From Octopus vulgaris (Eukaryota), in the NCBI GenBank assembly GCA_951406725.2, contig OX597840.1, forward strand, positions 28,768,001-28,832,000: 64,000 nucleotides of DNA, written 5' to 3'. Position numbers and translations under genes: made by a program. Below are positions 38,955 to 53,547 of the stretch, one piece after another. The notes beneath the pieces were generated by a model. It worked only from the letters and a program-made list of their open reading frames with translations, had not been told where the DNA came from and did not search any database. Positions within the stretch are counted from its first letter, which is position 1. Each line of letters begins with the position of its first letter.

Positions 38955-39119
38955 ACCTATCCATTCTTGTTGCTTCTTTCTCGCGTATATATATATATAT
39001 ATATTGGCCTTCTTGCTTAGCCAGCGGGGTGGGGGGTGTCATTCAAAGGCTAAAACAATGCGAATGCATTGTGACCAGCAATGTGTAAAAACATCTGATG
39101 GTCTGGTCGGTCACGTGAT

Positions 39120-39160
<41 letters not shown>

Positions 39161-40029
39161 CATATATATTCATATGTGTGTGTGTGTGTCTTTGTCCTCC
39201 ACTCCTGCTGACAACCAGTGTTGGTGTGTTTACATCCTCATAACATAGTGGTTCAGGAAAAGAGCCTGATAGAATAAATACCACACTTAAAATATATATA
39301 TATAAGTCCTGGGGACAATTCATATGACTAAAAATTCTCCGAGGCAGTGCTCCAGCATGGCTACAATGCACTGACAACCCCGCCACCCCCAAAAAAATGA
39401 AAGATGAAATATAACGATACGATCTTGAAACACAGATATCTCAGAATCCTTTACACAACACTAATATCCCAGAATCAGTTTTCCATGCTGGCATGGGTTA
39501 GATGGTTTCACAGGAGGTGGCCAACTGGGGAGCTGTCTAGACACCAATTGTCTGTTGTGGCATGGTTTCTATGACTGGGTGCCCTTCCTAACACCAACTA
39601 CTTTACAGAGTGTACTGGGCACGGGTGCATTTCAATGGCACTGATATGGGTGTTTTATTTTAATATGGCACCAGAACCCATGAGCCATCAAGATTAGGAA
39701 TGCTTAGCTGGAGAAGAATGCCATGGACATGTTTTTACTTAGCTTGACACATCGTCTCAGGCACAGCAAACCTCTTGAAGTCTCAGTCTCCTGTCATCCC
39801 CCCTGAGAGGCCCAAAGTCTGAAGTTCCTTTCTCACCATTTTGTACTACACCTTCCTGGGGCAACCCCTTTTACATGTTCTTTCTACACTCCCTTTAGAT
39901 GATGTGCGGTCAAAACACATGCTATTCACCTTGAACAGATATCTTATATTATTTGAGTTCTTGTTATTCTGCAAGTTCATTAAATTATTCAAATAATGGA
40001 GCATCTTTGTCTTACCATTTATGACTAGA

Positions 40030-40643
40030 CTAGCAGTATTGCCCGGCTCAACGGGATTTCAGGGGAGAGTTTCAGGGAGTCGCTGGTGATGTATCGTGAT
40101 GATCAAAAATCCAGCCTGCTAAAATTTGGTTAAAGTGATTCAAACTGCAGACTCAACGCAAAATGGTTACATTTAATTCAAAGCGTTAAAAATGTTATGA
40201 AAACAATTGGTATGTGTTCACAAAGTCCAAACGATTAATACGAAAACCCTCCAGGCTACATCTCAAAAATTCATTTCTTTCCCGAATTTCTACAATGTTT
40301 ACGGCGATTCGTTTTTATATCTTGATTTTTTATTTTTCATGCAATTTACGCATGCTTGCACGCATGGTGAACACAGTTCACGTCAAACAGCTGACTGAGT
40401 AAAGTTCACTATTCAATGCATGGGATAAGGCCTAAACAAACACATTATCGATTTTTGCACTTGCGAGATGAATTTTGGAACAGAAATAGCGCAGTTCAAT
40501 TTTCATTCGCCTAAACTTTAAGTGACCCATTTTGGTGGTTCTACGATTTGTTGGCTAGGAGGAGATGTGCCGAGAAGTTAAACACACAGACACACACACA
40601 GATACACACACAGACACAAAGTTGAGTTTTATATATATATAGA
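40030..40643 (-). mobile_element. Non-autonomous Helitron
   Basis: Minus 5' A|TCTATATATATATAAAAC plus a (TG) tract; 3' hairpin cccgttgagccggg, then CTAG|T. Confidence 0.8.
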
Positions 40644-41143
40644 TTTCCATTGAAAGTAACTGTCTTTGAGTTTCAGTTAGTTATGAAAATCTTTAAGAAT
40701 TGAGGAATCAAGTAAAATAATTCTTTTCATAATTAAGCTGGTGTTTGTATAAAACTAAATGTAGTTACTCTCCTGTGACATACACAACAGCAATCAACAT
40801 ATTTGCATGTGAATCTGTTGGAACATATTGGGAATAAATATACAAGCCAATGTGTCAGATCTTGCTGTACACAATGCAGATAATGATTGACAAGCAGGAC
40901 CTATAGAGACTCCACAGTGTTAAGGCCAACACATTTGAAAACGTATGTTAAACACAAGAAAGGAATTACAAAAAAATTCTATTGAAATCCTGCCATTTAA
41001 ATCAAAACTGCACCTTCAGATATAATTGAAATGAACCTAAACTGTATTGTCCATTTTTGTTCATTGAACATGTTTGACAGAGATAAAGTGCTTTGGATTT
41101 TAAGGAAATAAAGGATGAATGAAAATAATAAAAATTATTCTCG

Positions 41144-41267
<124 letters not shown>

Positions 41268-41274
41268 TATATAC

Positions 41275-41319
<45 letters not shown>

Positions 41320-41335
41320 TTATATACATACATAT

Positions 41336-41371
<36 letters not shown>

Positions 41372-41447
41372 CGCCATGTTGATTCGTTAGCTACTGCACG
41401 CATTTTTTTTCTCTCCTTCTTTCTGCGTTTTTTTTCTCTCTGTGTAC

Positions 41448-41483
41448 CTTTCTGTTGAAGAGCGTAGGCTCGAAACGTTAAAG
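41448..41483 (+). ncRNA. Minimal hammerhead motif with U at core position 6, in a Penelope-like fragment (41375-41585)
   Basis: cttt-CTGTTGA-a-gagc(gtag)gctc-GAAA-cg-T-T-aaag. Confidence 0.55.
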
Positions 41484-41607
41484 ACTTGTTTTATTTATAT
41501 TTCCTGAGCGCCATACTAATACAATTGTTCGTTTGTTTTCCACCTGCCTTCGTCTTTTGTCTATTTTCATAAAGCTTCCCGTTATATATATATATATATA
41601 TATATAT

Positions 41608-41853
41608 ACTCTTTACTCTTTTTACTCTTTTACTAGTTTCAGTCATTTGACTGCAGCCATGCTGGAGCACCGCTTTTAGTCAAGCAAATCGACCCCAGAA
41701 CTTATTCTTCGTAAGCCCAGAACTTATTCTTTGTAAGCCCAGTACTTATTCTATCAGTCTCTTTTGCTGAACGGCTAGGTGACGGGGACGTAAACACACC
41801 AGCATCGGTTGTCAAGCAATGCTAGGGGGACAAACACAGACACACAAACATAT

Positions 41854-41892
<39 letters not shown>

Positions 41893-42053
41893 CGACGGGC
41901 ATCTTTCAGTTTCCATCTACCAAATCCACTCACAAGGCATTGGTCGGCCCGAGGCTATAGCAGAAGACACTTGCCCAAGGTGCCACGCAGTGGGACTGAA
42001 CCCGAAACCATGTGGTTGGTAAGCAAGCTACTTACCACACAGCCACTCCTGTG

Positions 42054-42057
<4 letters not shown>
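41608..42057 (-). mobile_element. SINE family A
   Basis: Family match. Confidence 0.85.
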
Positions 42058-42100
<43 letters not shown>

Positions 42101-42148
42101 GCAAACATACATACATACACACACACATAATATATATACACACATATA

Positions 42149-42545
42149 TATGAGTTGGCATCAAATGGTTCCTGGAGTAGTTATGCTTAATAAAAAATAG
42201 ATTATTTACATAAGTTTCGACTTCATCTCCTTCGAAGTAGTTACCTTGTGCAGCATTACACCAGTCCCAGCATTCCTGCCACTTTTGGAATCTGACCTGG
42301 AAGTCGTTTTCCGTAAGCACTTTGAGGACCTTCTGCAATTCATTCTGGATCTCAACAACAGTGTTACAACAGTGACCCTAGAGCTGTATTTTCATCTTGG
42401 GGGAAGAGATAGAAGTCCACAGATGCTAAATCTTGTGAATAGGACTGGTGCAGAAGCAATGCCATGTTTTTGGTGAGAAAGTCACGAGTTAGGAGAGCTT
42501 GGTGACATGGTGCATTGTTGTCATGAAGAATCCACTTTATATCAA
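42149..42545 (-). pseudogene. mariner transposase 3' fragment with TIR remnant
   Basis: WILHDNNAPCH...QSYSQDLASVDFYLFP; FQKWQECWDWC.AAQGNYFEGD. Confidence 0.8.
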
Positions 42546-43059
42546 GTTGTATATCATCATCATCTTCATCCTCATTTAACATCCATTGTCCATGCTGGCA
42601 TGGGTTAGATGGTTTGACCAGAGCTGGTAAGCTGGGCAGCTGCACCAAACTCCAGCCTGATTTGGCATGGTTTCTACAGGTGGATGCCCTTCCTGATGCC
42701 AACCACTTCACAGAGTGTACTGGGTGCTTTTACATGGCACCACACAAACCCTTTTATATAACCTTTTATGTGGCACCATCATGTGTGCTTCATACCACTT
42801 GAAGAACCAGTCTTAATACTTCTGCTGCAGAGTATGGGTCTTCTTGAGTACAGTAAGGCACCAGGCATCCCGATCCTCACTATTTGCATATCTGTAGATT
42901 CACCTATGTATGTATGTATGTATGTATCTATCTGTCTGTCTATCCATCTACCTACCTACCTACCTACCTACCTACCTACCTACCTACCTGCCTACGTACC
43001 AACCTACCTTGCTACCTAGCTACTTACCAACTTACCTACATAAATACCTACATACCTGC

Positions 43060-43095
<36 letters not shown>

Positions 43096-43657
43096 GTATA
43101 TATCACTCACTCTCTCTCTCTCTATCTATCTACCTATCTATTTATCATTCTATCTATCTATATATATATAAAAATAATCTACGTATGTACGTACCTACCT
43201 ACCTACATACCTACATACCTACCTACCTACCTACCTACCTACCTACCTACCTAGGAGGAATTCTCTTATTGCACTGATGTTGCCCATGCTGCAGGTGGTG
43301 GCCACATTGAACACTTATAAGACAGGAAATAAAAGTTGATTGTGAGTAAATACTTGTGACCTTGCTGGAGTCCTTTATTGCATTTCCTTATTAAACCATT
43401 GCATAATGAAATTGGTTCATTCTCTTTGCATAACGCAGTGTATGACGGGTTTCTTCTAGTTTCTATCTCCCAAATTCACTCACAAAGCCTTGATTGGTCT
43501 GGAGCTGTAGCTGGAGACATTTCTACTAGCTTAAGATGCCATGTAATGAGATTGAACCCATAACCACATGGATGTGAAGCAAACTTCTTAACCATGTAAC
43601 CATGTCTGCACTTTAAATAATTTCTAAGTAAAATCTCACTTCAACACTTAAGTTTAA

Positions 43658-43708
43658 TTTGTCAAAATATTTTCGTCACTTTAAGACCCCGACCTGTTCA
43701 CTGACAAA
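43658..43708 (-). ncRNA. Minimal hammerhead motif, G3-C8 swapped core
   Basis: tttgtca-GTGAACA-g-gtcg(gggtcttaaag)tgac-GAAA-atat-T-T-tgacaaa. Confidence 0.6.
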
Positions 43709-43999
43709 AATCCGTGCTGCATCTCAGATTTTTGTCAGTGAACAGGTCGCGGATTGGAATTACTACCAACAGCCTCAGACTTCTCTGCTGAGAATAGACA
43801 AATAAACTCCATCAGCCTTTCTCTTACTTTCTCTCTCCCCCTCTCTCTCTTTCTCTCTCTCTGTCTCTCACTCTCGCTCTCTCTCTCCCTATCTCCCTTT
43901 CTGTCTCTCTCCCTCTCTCTCTCACTCTCTCTCCCTCCCTCCCTCTCTCCCTCTCCCTCCCTCTCTCCCTCTCTACTTCTCTCTCTCCCTCTCTCACTT

Positions 44000-45475
<1,476 letters not shown>

Positions 45476-46342
45476 TTTCTCAATGCTGCAGTTGCTGCTG
45501 CTGCTCCTGCTCCACAACTTCAATCCCGGTATTTATTCTATTAGTCTCTTTTGCTGAACCGCTAAGTTATGGGGATGTAAATACAATTTGCCAAGCTCCT
45601 TTTAATTTCTCTTCGTCAAATCCACTCACAAGGTTTTTGGTCAGTTCAGACCTATAGCAGAAGACAATTGTCCAAGTGGTAGTGCAGTGGGATTGAACCC
45701 AAGTCTACATGGTTAGAAAGCCTGCTTCTTAACCACACAGCTATGCCTGCATCATAGAATCCAGCCATAAACTCACACCACAAAGAACTCTTCGTACCAA
45801 ACCTTTGCCAGCATGGAAAACAAATGCACCAACTAACAAATGTATGCGTATGTGCGTGTGTGAGAGTGTAATCAAAAATAAAGTCACCATCATCATCATC
45901 ATCATCATCATCCACGTCATTTAACATCTGCTTGCTATGCTGGCATGGGTTGGACGGTTTGGCAGGAGTTGGCCAGGTAGAAGGCAGCACCAAGCTTCAC
46001 TGTCTGTTTTGGTATGGTTTTTTATGGTTGGATGCCCTTCCTAGCACCAACTCTCCTGCAAAGTGGACTGAGTGTTTTTTACATGGCACCAGTACAGGAG
46101 AAATCAGTTTTGACATGGTTTTTCCTGCTGAATGCCATTCGAAATGCCAACCATTTTATAGTGTGGACTGCATGATTCCGTTAGGAATGTATTAGAGTAC
46201 AAAATAGAGCTCATTCACCCTAAGAATTACCAAATAGCTGGTATTATTTGAAGTCTAGGCTTAGTAGTATTTATTAAACAGCTGTCTAAATGTACACCTT
46301 CCTGTTGACTCTATTTATTCAATTTATATATATATATCAATA

Positions 46343-46392
<50 letters not shown>

Positions 46393-46432
46393 CACACATA
46401 CATATTGAAATGCAAGTAGTACATTTCTCTAG

Positions 46433-47736
46433 TCTATATCTATAAAAGAGTCCTTTGATGAAAATTGTATGCACATTTTGCTTTGACGGATAATGGAAGC
46501 CAAACCGAGGCTAGGATCGAGCTGAAAATTGGTAGGGATACTAAATGTGTGGTGAGGATGAGACCCGTGATGGTTAAAATTCACAAGTTATAAAGATGTG
46601 GTTGCTATGGCAAAATGAGTGATTTTTTATCGATTCAAGGGAGTCCAGAAACCCTCTAGGTTTGTGAATTTGGCTTTTAATGCCCGGGCGGCATGCACTG
46701 CAGGCTGTTGTGCTTAATAAACATACATTTTGTCGCAAAATTCCAGCTACTAGGAAACGATTTTTCATTGTGAAAAACGGGTACCTTTTGCCCTTATTTT
46801 CTTTTTAATCTTTTTATAAAAGTGAAAGGATTTCGTCTATTTATTTCTGCTGTCCACTTATGACGGTGATTCAGTTGACTAGGAAAACTATACGTGATGA
46901 ATTTCCAATACCAAACTATCTTAATCTACATATTGAAACTGCATTAAACTTTGGCAAGCTTACCTTTACCTATTCTGAGTTACTTAAAAGGTGATGTTCC
47001 CTCCCCTCTCTTCTGATTGTTGATACCTTTTTTTTTTTTACCTTTGATACCGTTGTTTCACTTTAAGGATACTTCTTTACCCAGCCATTATGATATTTTG
47101 ACTGCTGTCCATTGTTTCAAATACGTTTTAGCATTGTCATTCTAGCCTTTTTTAAACACTCACATATGATTTGTCCCAAAGAATCAACCTTTAAATAAGA
47201 GTTTTGCTACCACCAGTGAAAACTAAACGTATCTTTCAGGAAGCTCCATACCAATTTAACTTTATGCAGCATTGGCTGTTAGTTTATGTGCACACGGTGT
47301 GGGAAGATAGAATGAAGGGGCTTTTGTTAGATTTTCTTTCTGAAAAAAATAGCTCCCTTTGCTGTTGAAAAAAATAAACTCGCAGAGGGGAAGTTTCAAC
47401 ATCTTCCTTGAATTTCCTTACACCATTTATGTGGCTGTTTCTGACAAGAAATTTCGCTTTCATGTAAAGCAACTATATTTTGTAGTCATTATCCGTAATC
47501 TACTCCCAAAAGCCTTCAGTAGCTCTACTTTACATCACTTGCAAACATATGTTCTATGATAATCAAAGTGCAACGACCTTCCTCAATAACCAGCCTTCAA
47601 TTTGTTTCTCCATTCCTAGGTTAATCGGAAACAGATTGCCATGCTACGCATAAACCTTCTCAATAGTTCAATTATTTGGTGAAAGAAATACCACAAAAGC
47701 AACTTAAACCATCCAAAGGATGGGTGCATTTGCTAG
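46433..47736 (+). mobile_element. Non-autonomous Helitron, ~1.3 kb
   Basis: 5' TCTATATCTATAAAAGAG; internal gatcgagctgaaaattggta; 3' hairpin ccatcc-aaa-ggatgg, then CTAG|T at 47733-47737. Confidence 0.7.
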
Positions 47737-48155
47737 TAAATACATAATTCTCTGATAAAATGTAACAAATTGCTTTACTCTGTAGTTTTCATCTGCTGTC
47801 TTTGAGCAGAGGAATTAGGTTTGGTTTGAACCATTTCTATCTTTCTCAAGTCTTTACCAGAGCAAAAGAAAAAAATAAGAATAGAAAATTTAGTGGCATA
47901 TTGCTATCTTTAGTAGACATATATTCATGGAAATAAATCTAATCTTTCCTAATAAAGGCACAAGGGCTGACATTTTGTGGAAGGGATCCAGTTGATTACA
48001 TCAACCCCAGTGCATGACCGGTACTTAATTTATAGACTCTGAAAGGATGAAAGGCAAATCAACCTTGGTGGAATTTGAACTCAGAACATAAAGATGGATG
48101 AAATGCCACTAAGCATTTTGCCTGACATGCTAATGATTCTGTCACCACACCACCT

Positions 48156-48201
<46 letters not shown>

Positions 48202-48239
48202 TAATAACAATAATAGTAATAATAACAATAACAACAATA

Positions 48240-48300
<61 letters not shown>

Positions 48301-48310
48301 CAACAACAAT

Positions 48311-48367
<57 letters not shown>

Positions 48368-48382
48368 AATAATAATAATGAT

Positions 48383-48935
48383 AAAATGCCCTGATGAGGC
48401 AGTGGCTCTCATGGCTTCTGATCTTAACTGATTGGAAGTGTTATCATGTACATTGTTTTGTCTTGGTATAAAAGATGGGCTACAGCAAATATTCTGCTCA
48501 ATACCACAGATTTGCTTGTCAGTTGTTTGACCATAACCAGTTGAGCATGCCCCTTAGTGGCTGATGATATGTGCGTCTCTGATCCCTGAACAAAACTAGT
48601 TACGGAGCATCATACCCATGTATTGAGAGGGATTCTTTGGGGTTTGGATAATTCACCTTTGGAAACATGGGTGTTTCGTTCAACATCCTTAAACAATCCT
48701 TATTCAGGGACCTTTTGAGCGGGATGGGCTACTCAACCTGAAGAAAATTCTAACTGGGCCCCACCTGCAAGGTCATGTGCTGTTTATCTTGATATGAGAT
48801 CACCATGTCGCGCACATATGGTTGTGATGCATGTGCCTAGTGTACCCTTATCAGACGGGTAGTCATGATGGGTATATTGGGCTTCGTATATTTTACTCCA
48901 GTGTCACTTTGATGGCATGCACTGCTCTCTCACTC
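48383..48935 (+). mobile_element. Probable retroposon 3' fragment in (AAT)n
   Basis: Non-repetitive block ending ctctcactc(aat)n and flanked by (AAT)n; family not identified. Confidence 0.45.
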
Positions 48936-49013
<78 letters not shown>

Positions 49014-49484
49014 AATATACAATTTGGTGGTGACCTGACAGAATCATTAGCATGCTGGGCAAAATGCTTAGTGACATTTTGTTCTTCTTCATGTTCTAAG
49101 TTCAAATTCTGTTTTCTGTCAAGGCCCACTTTGCCTCCCATCGTTCTGGGGGTCGATAAAAAGTAAGTACCAGTTGAGCATTGGAGTTGACATAACCAGC
49201 CTACCTCTGCTAGAAATTGCTGGCCTTGTGCCAAAATTTAAAGCCAATATTGTCAGTCTCATAAATGCAGTGAGCTGGCAGAATCGTTAGCATGCTGGGC
49301 AAAAGGCTTAACAACATTTCTGTCTTTGTGTTCTGAGTCCAGATTCTGCCAAGTTTGACTTTGCTTTTCCTTCTTTCTGGGTCCATAAATAAGTAACAGT
49401 GGAACACTGGGGTTAACATTATCGACTTACCCCACTCTCCTAAAGCTGGTTGGCTGTGCCAAAACTTGAAATCATTGTTATTTA

Positions 49485-50861
49485 CAAGGTGTCTGTAAAG
49501 TCTGGATACATGGAAAATGTCACTAGAATTCTTGTGGAATGTGATCCTTGCTCTCCAGATACTTGTCCCCTTGACTTTAGTTCTTGAGGCATGTTGTAGA
49601 ATTCTTGTGGAATGTGATCCTTGCTCTCCAGATACTTGTCCCCTTGACTTTATTTTTTGAGGCATGTTGTAGAATTCTTGTGGAATGTGATCCTTGCTCT
49701 CCAGATACTTGTCCCCTTGACTTTATTTTTTGAGGCATGTTGTAGAATTCTTGTGGAATGTGATCCTTGCTCTCCAGATACTTGCCCCCTTGACTTTAGT
49801 TCTTGAGGCATGTTGTAGAATTCTTGTGGAATGTGATCCTTGCTCTCCAGATACTTGTCCCCTTGACTTTATTTTTTGAGGCATGTTGTAGAATTCTTGT
49901 GGAATGTGATCCTTGCTCTCCAGATACTTGTCCCCATGACTTTATTTTTTGAGGCATGTTGTAGAATTCTTGTGGAATGTGATCCTTGCACTCCAGATAC
50001 CTGTCCCCTTGACTTTATTTTTTGAGGCATGTTGTAGAATTCTTGTGGAATGTGATCCTTGCCCTCCAGATACTTGTCCCCTTGACTTTATTTTTTGAGG
50101 CATGTTGTAGAATTCTTGTGGAATGTGATCCTTGCTCTCCAGATACTTGTCCCTTTGACTTTATTTTTTGAGGCATGTTGTAGAATTCTTGTGGAATGTG
50201 ATCCTTGCTCTCCAGATACTTGTCCCCTTGACTTTATTTTTTGAGGCATGTTGTAGAATTCTTGTGGAATGTGATCCTTGCTCTCCAGATACTTGTCCCC
50301 TTGACTTTATTTTTTGAGGCATGTTGTAGAATTCTTGTGGAATGTGATCCTTGCTCTCCAGATACTTGTCCCCTTGACTTTATTTTTTGAGGCATGTTGT
50401 AGAATTCTTGTGGAATGTGATCCTTGCTCTCCAGATACTTGTCCCCTTGACTTTATTTTTTGAGGCATGTTGTAGAATTCTTGTGGAATGTGATCCTTGC
50501 TCTCCAGATACCTGTCCCCTTGACTTTATTTTTTGAGGCATGTTGTAGAATTCTTGTGGAATGTGATCCTTGCTCTCCAGATACTTGTCCCCTTGACTTT
50601 ATTTTTTGATGCATGTTGAAGGAGAAGGCATACTCAATGAAAACCATAGAAATGAATCATATAAAGGAATGCCTCATGAATTAATGTGCTTAAATTGGTG
50701 GAAATAGGATGTCACTGCACTGGGTTCATATGAATCTCACAAAACACAATGAACTCTGCTTCACTAACGATGTCCAAAATGTTACTTAGAAATGTAGTTG
50801 AATAAAATTATTGAAAATACACATTTTAACCTAGGTACCCAGATTTTACAGCCACTTTCAA
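49485..50861 (+). mobile_element. Internally deleted Tc1/mariner-superfamily element hosting a minisatellite
   Basis: Degenerate TIRs caaggtgtctgtaaagtctggatacatgg / ctaggtacccagattttacagccacttt; transposase C-terminal relic. Confidence 0.65.
49524..50618 (+). repeat. Minisatellite, 15 x 73 bp head-to-tail
   Basis: Unit tagaattcttgtggaatgtgatccttgctctccagatacttgtccccttgactttattttttgaggcatgttg at 49524, 49597, 49670 ... 50546. Confidence 0.95.
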
Positions 50862-51054
50862 TAATATCTCATATATGTATGAGGAGATGCTAAAAAGTTC
50901 CTAGCTTTGGATAAAATGAAAATACAAGAAGATCAGTTAATTGTGATTTTATTCAACATATCCCCCATCTCAGATTCACACACTTTCATTGTTGAATTGA
51001 TAAAAGTTGGTTATTTTCTAATTTATATATATATATATATATATATATTTTTTA

Positions 51055-51492
51055 CTATTTTTTACTATTTTACTTGTTTCAGTCATTTGACTGCAGCCAT
51101 GCTGGAGCACCGCCTTTAGTCGAGGAACTCGACCCCATGACTTATTCTTTTTGTAAGCCCAGTACTTATTCTATCGGTCTCTTTTTGCCGAACTGCTAGG
51201 TGACGGGGACGTAAACACACCAGCATCGGTTGTCAAGCAATGCTAGGGGAACAAACACAGACACACAAACACAGACACACAAACACACACACACATACAT
51301 ATATATATATACATATATACGACAGGCTTCTTTCAGTTTCCGTCTACCAAATCCACTCACAAGGCATTGGTTGGCCCAGGGCTATAGTAGAAGACACTTG
51401 CCCAAGATGCCACGCAGTGGGACTGAACCCGGAACCATGTGGTTGGTTAGCAAGCTACTTACCACCTTACCACACAGCCACTCCTGCGCCTA
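51055..51492 (-). mobile_element. SINE family A
   Basis: Family match. Confidence 0.85.
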
Positions 51493-51726
51493 TATATATA
51501 TATATATACGTTTTATTTATTATTTTGCACATTACTTAATCATTGGCATATGTTTTTATCGTATATTTAATTTTTCTATAAGATGTAATTTTTTTCTAAA
51601 TGGTATAATTTTTTCATTGTTGAATTGATAAAAGGTGTTTTTTTTCTACTTTATGTATATATATAAATACAAAATGGCTGACGGTTAGTAAGGAGAGACA
51701 CACAAATAAGAAACAAGAAAGCAAAG

Positions 51727-51770
51727 GACCACTGATGAGGTCACAGGAGTGTGACGAAAGAACTCTGGCC
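51727..51770 (+). ncRNA. Minimal type I hammerhead motif (C3-G8)
   Basis: gacca-CTGATGA-g-gtcaca(ggag)tgtgac-GAAA-gaac-T-C-tggcc. Confidence 0.6.
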
Positions 51771-52082
51771 GAAATAAGATTAAGATTAATGTAAAAAATA
51801 AATAACGCTGAAGCAAAGTAGCACCAAATATATAGTCCGTGTGTTTTTATTGGCTAAACTGGCAAAATGACCATTCCGAAATACAACAATATCTGTTTCA
51901 ACAAACAATTTCACATAAAAAATCTTGTACAACAAATATATAAATGTGTATATATATATGTATATATATACATACATACATATGTATATATATATATATA
52001 TCTATATATCTAGCTATCAATCATACTATCTATCTTTCTATCTCTCTCTTTCTATCTCTCTCTCTCTCTATATATATAAAAA

Positions 52083-52450
52083 CACATAAAAACACCATCC
52101 GAGCGTGGCCGTTCGCCAGCCTCGTCTGGCACCTGTGTCGGTGGCACATAAAACACCATCCGAGCGTGGTCGTCTGCTAGCCTTGTCTGGCACCTGTGTC
52201 GGTGGCACATAAAAACACCATCCGAGCGTGGCCATTCGCCAGCCTCGTCTGGCACCTGTGTCGGTGGCACATAAAATCACCCACTACACTCTCGGAGTGG
52301 TTGGCGTTAGGAAGGGCATCAAGCTGTAGAAACACTGCCAGATCTGACTGGCCTGGTGCAGCCTTCGGGCTCCCCAGACCCCAGTTGAACCGTCCAACCC
52401 ATGCTAGCATGGAAAGCGGACGTTAAATGATGATGATGATGATGATGATA
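52083..52450 (+). mobile_element. Family C retroposon with 3 x ~61-bp internal tandem repeat and (GAT)n tail
   Basis: cacataaaaacaccatccgagcgtgg...ggcacctgtgtcggtgg x3, then ggcgttaggaagggcatc. Confidence 0.75.
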
Positions 52451-52804
52451 TATGATGGGCGCCAAAACCACTCAGAAGTGTTTGGTTGGCCTGAGACTAA
52501 AGTACAAGACCCTTGCCCAAGTTACCACGCAGTGGGACTGAAACCTGGAACCATGTGGTTGGGAAGCAAACTCATATATACATATATGTGTATACACACA
52601 CACACACACATATATAAATGTTGAATGATGAAATGAGTGCTCAACACCGTATTGGTGGATATATAATTTCTTTATTCGTGAATTAAGGCTACCATTGGTT
52701 TCATGTTAAGTAATGTAGGAAAATATCCTTGTGTCTCAGAAATTCTTGAAGCCGATCACATGGAGGAAGGTGTTCCCCTCCATTTTGGAAAACTGCCCAT
52801 CTAC

Positions 52805-53445
52805 ATGTATGTATGTATGAATGTATGTATGTATGTATGTATGTATGTATGTATGTATGTATGTATGTATGTATGTATGTATGGATAGATGTATGGATGG
52901 ATGTATGTATGAATGTATGAATGTATGTATGTATGTATGTATGTGTGTGTGTATGTATGTATGAATGTATGTATGTATGTATGTATGTATGTATGTATGT
53001 ATGAATGTATGGATGGATGTATGGATGGATGTATGTATGAATGTATGTATGTATGTATGTATGTACGTGTGTATGTATGTATGTATGTAAGTATGTGTGT
53101 ATGTATGTATGTATGTAGGTATGTATGTATGAATGTATGTATGAATGTATGTATGTATGTATGGATGTATGTATGTAAGTATGTGTGTATGTATGTATGT
53201 ATGTAGGTATGTATGTATGAATGTATGTATGAATGTATGTATGTATGTATGAATGTATGTATGAATGTATGTATGTAATGTAATGTATGTATGTATGTAT
53301 GAATGTATGTATGAATGTATGTATGTAATGTAATGTATGTATGTATGTATGTATGTATGAATGTATGTATGAATGTATGTATGTAATGTAATGTATGTAT
53401 GTATGTATGTATGTATGGGTGGATGGATGGATGGATGGATGTATG
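52805..53445 (+). repeat. (TATG)n microsatellite
   Basis: Read directly. Confidence 0.95.
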
Positions 53446-53497
53446 CATGTATGCACGTATATATATGTATGTATATATAATACAAATAATATATATA

Positions 53498-53547
<50 letters not shown>

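Noticed and set aside
39110-39127. Tandem CACGTG E-boxes as an enhancer
   Set aside because: Appears to be the terminal (cacgtgat)n tail of a dispersed repeat abutting (TA)n.
48388-48420. Hammerhead at ccCTGATGAggcag (also CTGAAGA at ~45059)
   Set aside because: No stem II-GAAA-UH-stem I continuation.
49524-50618. CRISPR array
   Set aside because: Units are head-to-tail with no unique spacers; no cas genes; eukaryotic context; unit derives from a transposase.
52083-52275. CRISPR-like or novel 61-bp repeat
   Set aside because: Internal tandem repeat of a dispersed retroposon family, without spacers.
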